Source of the DNA: Euglena gracilis
Lineage: Eukaryota
Length of the DNA: 64,000 bases
Direction: 5' to 3'
Assembly: GCA_039621445.1 (NCBI GenBank)
Contig: CP154954.1
Location: forward strand, 35,139,703 to 35,203,702
Positions 51,351 through 63,800 of this stretch are shown here, one piece after another; within the stretch, counting starts at the first letter, position 1, and the number at the start of each line of letters is the position of its first letter. The position numbers and the translations under genes were made by a program. The notes beneath the pieces were generated by a model, which had not been told where the DNA came from, made no database searches, and saw only the letters and a list, made by a program, of their open reading frames with translations.

Positions 51351-54300
51351 TGCAAGAAATGAGCACATTTAGATGGGTTCATTCGACCATATTCCGGGGA
51401 CATTTACCAGGTCAGCCCAGGTTACCATGTAAAAATGGACCAAATTGGGCCGTACTCCGAGTAACCGAATGGGTGTTCCAGGAGGCCTCCAAAGTCAGGG
51501 GACCCGTTGGTTTCATGATTGTCGTGGTTTAATTGTAAGAAAAACATGCATCGGGAATGTTGGTTGCAAGAAATGAGCACATTTAGATGGGTGCATTCGA
51601 CCATTCCGGGGACATTTACCAGGTCAGCCCAGGTTACCATGTAAAAATGGACCAAATTGGGCCGTACTCCGAGTAACCGAATGGGTGTTCCAGGAGGCCT
51701 CCAAAGTCAGGGGACCCGTTGGTGTCATGATTATCGTGGTATAATGGTAGAAAAAACATGCAGCAGGAATGTTGGTTGCAAGAAAGGAGCACATTTAGAT
51801 GGGTGCATTCGACCATTCCGGGGGACATTTACCAGGTCAGCCCAGGTTACCATGTAAAAATGGACCAAATTGGGCCGTACTCCGAGTAACCGAATGGGTG
51901 TTCCAGGAGGCCTCCAAAGTCAGGGGACCCGTTGGTTTCATGATTGTCGTGGTTTAATGGTAAGAAAAACATGCATCGGGAATGTTGGTTGCAAGAAATG
52001 AGCACATTTAGATGGGTTCATTCGACCATATTCCGGGGACATTTACCAGGTCAGCCCAGGTTACCATGTAAAAATGGACCAAATTGGGCCGTACTCCGAG
52101 TAACCGAATGGGTGTTCCAGGAGGCCTCCAAAGTCAGGGGACCCGTTGGTGTCATGATTATCGTGGTATAATGGTAGAAAAAACATGCAGCAGGAATGTT
52201 GGTTGCAAGAAAGGAGCACATTTAGATGGGTGCATTCGACCATTCCGGGGGACATTTACCAGGTCAGCCCAGGTTACCATGTAAAAATGGACCAAATTGG
52301 GCCTTACTCCGAGTAACCGAATGGGTGTTCCAGGAGGCCTCCAAAGTCAGGGGACCCGTTGGTTTCATGATTGTCGTGGTTTAATGGTAAGAAAGAACAT
52401 GCAGCTGAAATGTTGGTTGCAGGAAATGAGCAGATTTAGATGGGTGCATTCGACCATTCCGGGAGACATTTAATCGGTCAGCCCAGGTTACCATGTAAAA
52501 ATGGACCAAATTGGGCCGTACTCCGAGTAACCGAATGGGTGTTCCAGGAGGCCTCCAAAGTCAGGGGACCCGTTGGTTTCATGATTGTCGTGGTTTAATG
52601 GTAGAAAAAACATGCAGCAGGAATGTTGGTTGCAAGAAATGAGCACATTTAGATGGGTGCATTCGACCATTCCGGGGGACATTTACCAGGTCAGCCCAGG
52701 TTACCATGTAAAAATGGACCAAATTGGGCCTTACTCCGAGTAACCGAATGGGTGTTCCAGGAGCCCTCCAAAGTCAGGGGACCCGTTCTTTTCATGATTG
52801 TCGTGGTTTAATGGTAAGAAAAACATGCAGCGGGAACGTTGGTTGCAAGAAGTGAGCACATTTAGATGGGTGCATTCGACCATTCCGGGGGACATTTACC
52901 AGGTCAGCCCAGGTTACCATGTAAAAATGGACCAAATTGGGCCTTACTCCGAGTAACCGAATGGGTGTTCCAGGAGGCCTCCAAAGTCAGGGGACCCGTT
53001 GGTTTCATGATTGTCGTGGTTTAATGGTAAGAAAAACATGCAGCCGGAAGGTTGGTTGCAAGAAATGAGCACATTTAGATGGGTGCATTCGACCATTCCG
53101 GGGGACATTTACCAGGTCAGCCCAGGTTACCATGTAAAAATGGACCAAATTGGGCCTTACTCCGAGTAACCGAATGGGTGTTCCAGGAGGCCTCCAAAGT
53201 CAGGGGACCCGTTGGTTTCATGATTGTCGTGTTTTAATGGTAAGAAAAACATGCAGCGGGAATGTTGGTTGCAAGAAATGAGCAGATTTAGATGGGTGCA
53301 TTCGACCATTCCGGGGGACATTTACCAGGTCAGCCCAGGTTACCATGTAAAAATGGACCAAATTGGGCCTTACTCCGAGTAACCGAATGGGTGTTCCAGG
53401 AGGCCTCCAAAGTCAGGGGACCCGTTGGTTTCATGATTGTCGTGGTTTAATGGTAAGAAAAAAACATGCAGCGGGAATGTTGGTTGCAAGAAATGAGCAC
53501 ATTTAGATGGGTGCATTCGACCATTCCGGGGGACATTTACCAGGTCAGCCCAGGTTACCATGTAAAATGGACCAAATTGGGCCTTACTCCGAGTAACCGA
53601 ATGGGTGTTCCAGGAGGCCTCCAAAGTCAGGGGACCCGTTGGTTTCATGATTGTCGTGGTTTAATGGTAAGAAAAACATGCAGCCGGAAGGTTGGTTGCA
53701 AGAAATGAGCAGATTTAGATGGGTGCATTCGACCATTCCGGGGGACATTTACCAGGTCAGCCCAGGTTACCATGTAAAAATGGACCAAATTGGGCCTTAC
53801 TCCGAGTAACCGAATGGGTGTTCCAGGAGGCCTCCAAAGTCAGGGGACCCGTTGGTTTCATGATTGTCGTGGTTTAATGGTAAGAAAAACATGCAGCCGG
53901 AAGGTTGGTTGCAAGAAATGAGCACATTTAGATGGGTGCATTCGACCATTCCGGGGGACATTTACCAGGTCAGCCCAGGTTACCATGTAAAAATGGACCA
54001 AATTGGGCCTTACTCCGAGTAACCGAATGGGTGTTCCAGGAGGCCTCCAAAGTCAGGGGACCCGTTGGTTTCATGATTGTCGTGGTTTAATGGTAAGAAA
54101 AACATGCAGCCGGAAGGTTGGTTGCAAGAAATGAGCACATTTAGATGGGTGCATTCGACCATTCCGGGGGACATTTACCAGGTCAGCCCAGGTTACCATG
54201 TAAAAATGGACCAAATTGGGCCTTACTCCGAGTAACCGAATGGGTGTTCCAGGAGGCCTCCAAAGTCAGGGGACCCGTTGGTTTCATGATTGTCGTGGTT

Positions 54301-57300
54301 TAATGGTAAGAAAAACATGCAGCCGGAAGGTTGGTTGCAAGAAATGAGCACATTTAGATGGGTGCATTCGACCATTCCGGGGGACATTTACCAGGTCAGC
54401 CCAGGTTACCATGTAAAAATGGACCAAATTGGGCCTTACTCCGAGTAACCGAATGGGTGTTCCAGGAGGCCTCCAAAGTCAGGGGACCCGTTGGTTTCAT
54501 GATTGTCGTGGTTTAATGGTAAGAAAAACATGCAGCCGGAAGGTTGGTTGCAAGAAATGAGCAGATTTAGATGGGTGCATTCGACCATTCCGGGGGACAT
54601 TTACCAGGTCAGCCCAGGTTACCATGTAAAAATGGACCAAATTGGGCCTTACTCCGAGTAACCGAATGGGTGTTCCAGGAGGCCTCCAAAGTCAGGGGAC
54701 CCGTTGGTTTCATGATTGTCGTGGTTTAATGGTAAGAAAAACATGCAGCCGGAAGGTTGGTTGCAAGAAATGAGCACATTTAGATGGGTGCATTCGACCA
54801 TTCCGGGGGACATTTACCAGGTCAGCCCAGGTTACCATGTAAAAATGGACCAAATTGGGCCTTACTCCGAGTAACCGAATGGGTGTTCCAGGAGGCCTCC
54901 AAAGTCAGGGGACCCGTTGGTTTCATGATTGTCGTGGTTTAATGGTAAGAAAAACATGCAGCCGGAAGGTTGGTTGCAAGAAATGAGCACATTTAGATGG
55001 GTGCATTCGACCATTCCGGGGGACATTTACCAGGTCAGCCCAGGTTACCATGTAAAAATGGACCAAATTGGGCCTTACTCCGAGTAACCGAATGGGTGTT
55101 CCAGGAGGCCTCCAAAGTCGAGGGACCCGTTGGTTTCATGATTGTCGTGGTTTAATGGTAAGAAAAACATGCAGCGGGAATGTTGGTTGCAAGAAATGAG
55201 CAGATTTAGATGGGTGCATTCGACCATTCCGGGGGACATTTACCAGGTCAGCCCAGGTTACCATGTAAAAATGGACCAAATTGGGCCTTACTCCGAGTAA
55301 CCGAATGGGTGTTCCAGGAGGCCTCCAAAGTCAGGGGACCCGTTGGTTTCATGATTGTCGTGGTTTAATGGTAAGAAAAACATGCAGCGGGACTGTTGGT
55401 TGCAAGAAATGAGCACATTTAGATGGGTGCATTCGACCATTCCGGGGGACATTTACCAGGTCAGCCCAGGTTACCATGTAAAAATGGACCAATTGGGCCT
55501 TACTCCGAGTAACCGAATGGGTGTTCCAGGAGGCCTCCAAAGTCAGGGGACCCGTTGGTTTCATGATTGTCGTGGTTTAATGGTAAGAAAAACATGCAGC
55601 CGGAAGGTTGGTTGCAAGAAATGAGCAGATTTAGATGGGTGCATTCGACCATTCCGGGGGACATTTACCAGGTCAGCCCAGGTTACCATGTAAAAATGGA
55701 CCAAATTGGGCCTTACTCCGAGTAACCGAATGGGTGTTCCAGGAGGCCTCCAAAGTCAGGGGACCCGTTGGTTTCATGATTGTCGTGGTTTAATGGTAAG
55801 AAAAACATGCAGCCGGGAATGTTTGTTGCAAGAAATGAGCAGATTTAGATGGGTGCATTCGACCATTCCGGGGGACATTTACCAGGTCAGCCCAGGTTAC
55901 CATGTAAAAATGGACCAATTGGGCCTTACTCCGAGTAACCGAATGGGTGTTCCAGGAGGCCTCCAAAGTCAGGGGACCCGTTGGTTTCATGATTGTCGTG
56001 GTTTAATAAAAAAAAAAACATGCAGCCGGAAGGTTGGTTGCAAGAAATGAGCACATTTAGATGGGTGCATTCGACCATTCCGGGGGACATTTACCAGGTC
56101 AGCCCAGGTTACCATGTAAAAATGGACCAAATTGGGCCTTACTCTGAGTAACCGAATGGGTGTTCCAGGAGGCCTCCAAAGTCAGGGGACCCGTTGGTTT
56201 CATGATTGTCGTGGTTTAATGGTAAGAAAAACATGCAGCCGGAAGGTTGGTTGCAAGAAATGAGCACATTTAGATGGGTGCATTCGACCATTCCGGGGGA
56301 CATTTACCAGGTCAGCCCAGGTTACCATGTAAAAATGGACCAAATTGGGCCTTACTCCGAGTAACCGAATGGGTGTTCCAGGAGGCCTCCAAAGTCAGGG
56401 GACCCGTTGGTTTCATGATTGTCGTGGTTTAATGGTAAGAAAAACATGCAGCCGGAAGGTTGGTTGCAAGAAATGAGCACATTTAGATGGGTGCATTCGA
56501 CCATTCCGGGGGACATTTACCAGGTCAGCCCAGGTTACCATGTAAAAATGGACCAAATTGGGCCTTACTCCGAGTAACCGAATGGGTGTTCCAGGAGGCC
56601 TCCAAAGTCAGGGGACCCGTTGGTTTCATGATTGTCGTGGTTTAATGGTAAGAAAAACATGCAGCCGGAAGGTTGGTTGCAAGAAATGAGCACATTTAGA
56701 TGGGTGCATTCGACCATTCCGGGGGACATTTACCAGGTCAGCCCAGGTTACCATGTAAAAATGGACCAAATTGGGCCTTACTCCGAGTAACCGAATGGGT
56801 GTTCCAGGAGGCCTCCAAAGTCAGGGGACCCGTTGGTTTCATGATTGTCGTGGTTTAATGGTAAGAAAAACAAGAAATGAGCAGATTTAGATGGGTGCAT
56901 TCGACCATTCCGGGGACATTTACCAGGTCAGCCCAGGTTACCATGTAAAAATGGACCAAATTGGGCCTTACTCCGAGTAACCGAATGGGTGTTCCAGGAG
57001 GCCTCCAAAGTCAGGGGACCCGTTGGTTTCATGATTGTCGTGGTTTAATGGTAAGAAAAACATGCAGCCGGAAGGTTGGTTGCAAGAAATGAGCAGATTT
57101 AGATGGGTGCATTCGACCATTCCGGGGGACATTTACCAGGTCAGCCCAGGTTACCATGTAAAAATGGACCAAATTGGGCCTTACTCCGAGTAACCGAATG
57201 GGTGTTCCAGGAGGCCTCCAAAGTCAGGGGACCCGTTGGTTTCATGATTGTCGTGGTTTAATGGTAAGAAAAACATGCAGCGGGAAGGTTGGTTGCAAGA

Positions 57301-60265
57301 AATGAGCAGATTTAGATGGGTGCATTCGACCATTCCGGGGGACATTTACCAGGTCAGCCCAGGTTACCATGTAAAAATGGACCAAATTGGGCCTTACTCC
57401 GAGTAACCGAATGGGTGTTCCAGGAGGCCTCCAAAGTCAGGGGACCCGTTGGTTTCATGATTGTCGTGGTTTAATGGTAAGAAAAACATGCAGCGGGAAT
57501 GTTGGTTGCAAGAAATGAGCAGATTTAGATGGGTGCATTCGACCATTCCGGGGGACATTTACCAGGTCAGCCCAGGTTACCATGTAAAAATGGACCAAAT
57601 TGGGCCTTACTCCGAGTAACCGAATGGGTGTTCCAGGAGGCCTCCAAAGTCAGGGGACCCGTTGGTTTCATGATTGTCGTGGTTTAATGGTAAGAAAAAC
57701 ATGCAGCCGGAAGGTTGGTTGCAAGAAATGAGCACATTTAGATGGGTGCATTCGACCATTCCGGGGGACATTTACCAGGTCAGCCCAGGTTACCATGTAA
57801 AAATGGACCAAATTGGGCCTTACTCCGAGTAACCGAATGGGTGTTCCAGGAGGCCTCCAAAGTCAGGGGACCCGTTGGTTTCATGATTGTCGTGGTTTAA
57901 TGGTAGAGAAACATGCAGCCGGAAGGTTGGTTGCAAGAAATGAGCAGATTTAGATGGGTGCATTCGACCATTCCGGGGGACATTTACCAGGTCAGCCCAG
58001 GTTACCATGTAAAAATGGACCAAATTGGGCCTTACTCCGAGTAACCGAATGGGTGTTCCAGGAGGCCTCCAAAGTCAGGGGACCCGTTGGTTTCATGATT
58101 GTCGTGGTTTAATGGTAAGAAAAACATGCAGCGGGAATGTTGTTGCAAGAAATGAGCACATTTAGATGGGTGCATTCGACCATTCCGGGGGACATTTACC
58201 AGGTCAGCCCAGGTTACCATGTAAAAATGGACCAAATTGGGCCTTACTCCGAGTAACCGAATGGGTGTTCCAGGAGGCCTCCAAAGTCAGGGGACCCGTT
58301 GGTTTCATGATTGTCGTGGTTTAATGGTAAAAAAAAACATGCAGCCGGAAGGTTGGTTGCAAGAAATGAGCACATTTAGATGGGTGCATTCGACCATTCC
58401 GGGGGACATTTACCAGGTCAGCCCAGGTTACCATGTAAAAATGGACCAAATTGGGCCTTACTCCGAGTAACCGAATGGGTGTTCCAGGAGGCCTCCAAAG
58501 TCAGGGGACCCGTTGGTTTCATGATTGTCGTGGTTTAATGGTAAGAAAAACATGCAGCCGGAAGGTTGGTTGCAAGAAATGAGCACATTTAGATGGGTGC
58601 ATTCGACCATTCCGGGGGACATTTACCAGGTCAGCCCAGGTTACCATGTAAAAATGGACCAAATTGGGCCTTACTCCGAGTAACCGAATGGGTGTTCCAG
58701 GAGGCCTCCAAAGTCAGGGGACCCGTTGGTTTCATGATTGTCGTGGTTTAATGTTAAGAAAAACATGCAGCCTGGAAGGTTGGTTGCAAGAAATGAGCAC
58801 ATTTAGATGGGTGCATTCGACCATTCCGGGGGACATTTACCAGGTCAGCCCAGGTTACCATGTAAAAATGGACCAAATTGGGCCTTACTCCGAGTAACCG
58901 AATGGGTGTTCCAGGAGGCCTCCAAAGTCAGGGGACCCGTTGGTTTCATGATTGTCGTGGTTTAATGGTAAGAAAAACATGCAGCCGGAAGGTTGGTTGC
59001 AAGAAATGAGCACATTTAGATGGGTGCATTCGACCATTCCGGGGGACATTTACCAGGTCAGCCCAGGTTACCATGTAAAAATGGACCAAATTGGGCCTTA
59101 CTCCGAGTAACCGAATGGGTGTTCCAGGAGGCCTCCAAAGTCAGGGGACCCGTTGGTTTCATGATTGTCGTGGTTTAATGGTAAGAAAAACATGCAGCCG
59201 GAAGGTTGGTTGCAAGAAATGAGCACATTTAGATGGGTGCATTCGACCATTCCGGGGACATTTACCAGGTCAGCCCAGGTTACCATGTAAAAATGGACCA
59301 AATTGGGCCTTACTCCGAGTAACCGAATGGGTGTTCCAGGAGGCCTCCAAAGTCAGGGGACCCGTTGGTTTCATGATTGTCGTGGTTTAATGGTAAGAAA
59401 AACATGCAGCCGAAAGGTTGGTTGCAAGAAATGAGCAGATTTAGATGGGTGCATTCGACCATTCCGGGGGACATTTACCAGGTCAGCCCAGGTTACCATG
59501 TAAAAATGGACCAAATTGGGCCTTACCCGAGTAACCGAATGGGTGTTCCAGGAGGCCTCCAAAGTCAGGGGACCCGTTGGTTTCATGATTGTCGTGGTTT
59601 AATGGTAAGAAAAACATGCAGCCGGAAGGTTGGTTGCAAGAAATGAGCACATTTAGATGGGTGCATTCGACCATTCCGGGGGACATTTACCAGGTCAGCC
59701 CAGGTTACCATGTAAAAATGGACCAAATTGGGCCTTACTCCGAGTAACCGAATGGGTGTTCCAGGAGGCCTCCAAAGTCAGGGGACCCGTTGGTTTCATG
59801 ATTGTCGTGGTTTAATGGTAAGAAAAACATGCAGCGGGAATGTTGGTTGCAAGAAATGAGCAGGTTTAGATGGGTGCATTCGACCATTCCGGGGGACATT
59901 TACCAGGTCAGCCCAGGTTACCATGTAAAAATGGACCAAATTGGGCCTTACTCCGAGTAACCGAATGGGTGTTCCAGGAGGCCTCCAAAGTCAGGGGACC
60001 CGTTGGTTTCATGATTGTCGTGGTTTAATGGTAAGAAAAACATGCAGCCGAAAGGTTGGTTGCAAGAAATGAGCAGATTTAGATGGGTGCATTCGACCAT
60101 TCCGGGGGACATTTACCAGGTCAGCCCAGGTTACCATGTAAAAATGGACCAAATTGGGCCTTACTCCGAGTAACCGAATGGGTGTTCCAGGAGGCCTCCA
60201 AAGTCAGGGGACCCGTTGGTTTCATGATTGTCGTGGTTTAATGGTAAGGAAAACATGCAGCCGGA

Positions 60266-60808
60266 GAGACATGGCGTAAATGAGCAGAGAACAGACATTC
60301 CCACAGTACCCCACAGTACCAACACAAAACAAAAACACCAACACCCCCCCACACATAACACCCCAAACAACAACAATGCACAAATAAAAACACAGCGGGA
60401 AAGAAAAACACAAGACACATTACCAAATCACATACATTTACCAGGACACACACCACCCTCCCACACTCATGTAAATGCGCAACTCTTCCGGTGTCATTTT
60501 TTGACTTACTCGGCCTTCGGCCTCGTCGCGCCGCGGCCTTCGGCCGCGGCCCGGGGGGGGGCCCGGAAGAACCAAAATAACATTATCCCTTTTGTGCAAG
60601 GCAAGAAAGAAATCCATTTCCTCAGATTTTGGCACCCCCACACAATCACAAATGACAAAAACATACACATACACAACACACCAATGGTAAGAAAAACCAG
60701 TCACAAAATGAAAAACATAGTCCCAACAAGTCACACATGTACATAAATACCGGGCCTCCAAAGTGGGAGGGTTGTCATGATTGTCGTGGCTCCACTTTAT
60801 GCCATATG
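60266..60808. other. Interruption of the 213-bp array: A/C-rich degraded sequence with satellite remnants and a GC-rich hairpin core (possible low-quality consensus or foreign insert)
   Basis: Periodicity is lost. Remnants ACATTTACCAGG (~60434), AATGGTAAGAAAAAC (~60683), GGCCTCCAAAGT (60753) and TCATGATTGTCGTGG (~60775) sit in CA-rich sequence, with a GC-rich block at 60511-60566. Confidence 0.8.
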
Positions 60809-63800
60809 TGCAGCCGGCAGTTTGGTTGCAAGAAATGAGCACATCTAGATGGGTGCATTCGACCATTCCGGGGGACATTTACCAGGTCAGCCCAGGTTAC
60901 CATGTAAAAATGGACCAAATTGGGCCTTACTCTGAGTAACCGAATGGGTATTCCAGGAAGCCTCCAAAGTCAGGGGACCCGTTGGTTTCATGATTGTCGT
61001 GGTTTAATGGTAAGAAAAACAAGCAGCCGGAAGGTTGGTTGCAAGAAATGAGCAGATTTAGATGGGTGCATTCGACCATTCCGGGGGACATTTACCAGGT
61101 CAGCCCAGGTTACCATGTAAAAATGGACCAAATTGGGCCTTACTCCGAGTAACCGAATGGGTGTTCCAGGAGGCCTCCAAAGTCAGGGGACCCGTTGGTT
61201 TCATGATTGTCGTGGTTTAATGGTAAGAAAAACATGCAGCGGGAATGTTGGTTGCAAGGAATGAGCAGATTTAGATGGGTGCATTCGACCATTCCGGGGG
61301 ACATTTACCAGGTCAGCCCAGGTTACCATGTAAAAATGGACCAAATTGGGCCTTACTCTGAGTAACCGAATGGGTGTTCCAGGAGGCCTCCAAAGTCAGG
61401 GGACCCGTTGGTTTCATGATTGTCGTGGTTTAATGGTAAGAAAAACATGCAGCCGGAATGTTGGTTGCAAGAAATGAGCACATTTAGATGGGTGCATTCG
61501 ACCATTCCGGGGGACATTTACCAGGTCAGCCCAGGTTACCATGTAAAAATGGACCAAATTGGGCCTTACTCCGAGTAACCGAATGGGTGTTCCAGGAGGC
61601 CTCCAAAGTCAGGGGACCCGTTGGTTTCATGATTGTCGTGGTTTAATGGTAAGAAAAACATGCAGCCGGAAGGTTGGTTGCAAGAAATGAGCAGATTTAG
61701 ATGGGTGCATTCGACCATTCCGGGGGACATTTACCAGGTCAGCCCAGGTTACCATGTAAAAATGGACCAAATTGGGCCTTACTCCGAGTAACCGAATGGG
61801 TGTTCCAGGAGGCCTCCAAAGTCAGGGGACCCGTTGGTTTCACGATTTTCGTGGTTTAATGGTAAGAAAAACATGCAGCGTCGAATGTTGGTTGCAAGAA
61901 ATGAGCAGATTTAGATGGGTGCATTCGACCATTCCGGGGGACATTTACCAGGTCAGCCCAGGTTACCATGTAAAAATGGACCAAATTGGGCCTTACTCCG
62001 AGTAACCGAATGGGTGTTCCAGGAGGCCTCCAAAGTCAGGGGACCCGTTGGTTTCATGATTGTCGTGGTTTAATGGTAAGAAAAACATGCAGCCGGAAGG
62101 TTGGTTGCAAGAAATGAGCAGATTTAGATGGGTGCATTCGACCATTCCGGGGGACATTTACCAGGTCAGCCCAGGTTACCATGTAAAAATGGACCAAATT
62201 GGGCCTTACTCCGAGTAACCGAATGGGTGTTCCAGGAGGCCTCCAAAGTCAGGGGACCCGTTGGTTTCATGATTGTCGTGGTTTAATGGTAAGAAAGACA
62301 TGCAGCGGGAATGTTGGTTGCAAGAAATGAGCAGATTTAGATGGGTGCATTCGACCATTCCGGGGGACATTTACCAGGTCAGCCCAGGTTACCATGTAAA
62401 AATGGACCAAGTTGGGCCTTACTCCGAGTAACCGAATGGGTGTTCCAGGAGGCCTCCAAAGTCAGGGGACCCGTTGGTTTCATGATTGTCGTGGTTTAAT
62501 GGTAAGAAAAACATGCAGCGGGAACGCTGGTTGCAAGAAATGAGCAGATTTAGATGGGTGCATTCGACCATTCCGGGGGACATTTACCAGGTCAGCCCAG
62601 GTTACCATGTAAAAATGGACCAAATTGGGCCTTACTCCGAGTAACCGAATGGGTGTTCCAGGAGGCCTCCAAAGTCAGGGGACCCGTTGGTTTCATGATT
62701 GTCGTGGTTTAATGGTAAGAAAAACATGCAGCGGGAATGTTGGTTGCAAGAAATGAGCAGATTTAGATGGGTGCATTCGACCATTCCGGGGGACATTTAC
62801 CAGGTCAGCCCAGGTTACCATGTAAAAATGGACCAAATTGGGCCTTACTCCGAGTAACCGAATGGGTGTTCCAGGAGGCCTCCAAAGTCAGGGGGCCCCT
62901 TGGTTTCATGATTGTCGTGGTTTAATGGTAAGAAAAACATGCAGCCGGAAGGTTGGTTGCAAGAAATGAGCACATTTAGATGGGTGCATTCGACCATTCC
63001 GGGGGACATTTACCAGGTCAGCCCAGGTTACCATGTAAAAATGGACCAAATTGGGCCTTACTCCGAGTAACCGAATGGGTGTTCCAGGAGGCCTCCAAAG
63101 TCAGGGGACCCGTTGGTTTCATGATTGTCGTGGTTTAATGGTAAGAAAAACATGCAGCGGGTGTTGGTTGCAAGAAATGAGCAGATTTAGATGGGTGCAT
63201 TCGACCATTCCGGGGGACATTTACCAGGTCAGCCCAGGTTACCATGTAAAAATGGACCAAATTGGGCCTTACTCCGAGTAACCGAATGGGTGTTCCAGGA
63301 GGCCTCCAAAGTCAGGGGACCCGTTGGTTTCATGATTGTCGTGGTTTAATGGTAAGAAAAACATGCAGCCGGAAGGTTGGTTGCAAGAAATGAGCACATT
63401 TAGATGGGTGCATTCGACCATTCCGGGGGACATTTACCAGGTCAGCCCAGGTTACCATGTAAAAATGGACCAAATTGGGCCTTACTCCGAGTAACCGAAT
63501 GGGTGTTCCAGGAGGCCTCCAAAGTCAGGGGACCCGTTGGTTTCATGATTGTCGTGGTTTAATGGTAATAAAAAACATGCAGCCGGAAGGTTGGTTGCAA
63601 GAAATGAGCACATTTAGATGGGTGCATTCGACCATTCCGGGGGACATTTACCAGGTCAGCCCAGGTTACCATGTAAAAATGGACCAAATTGGGCCGTACT
63701 CCGAGTAACCGAATGGGTGTTCCAGGAGGCCTCCAAAGTCAGGGGACCCGTTGGTTTCATGATTGTCGTGGTTTAATGGTAAAAAAAAACATGCAGCGTG

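Noticed and set aside
60256..60817. TGCAGCCGG on both sides of the interruption as a target-site duplication
   Set aside because: The right-hand copy is preceded by upstream monomer remnants (60753-60789) at about the expected spacing, so it belongs to the next, degraded monomer.
60161..60878. ORFs of 63-172 aa over the interruption
   Set aside because: They are low-complexity translations of CA/TG-rich sequence fused to satellite frames, with no domain signature.
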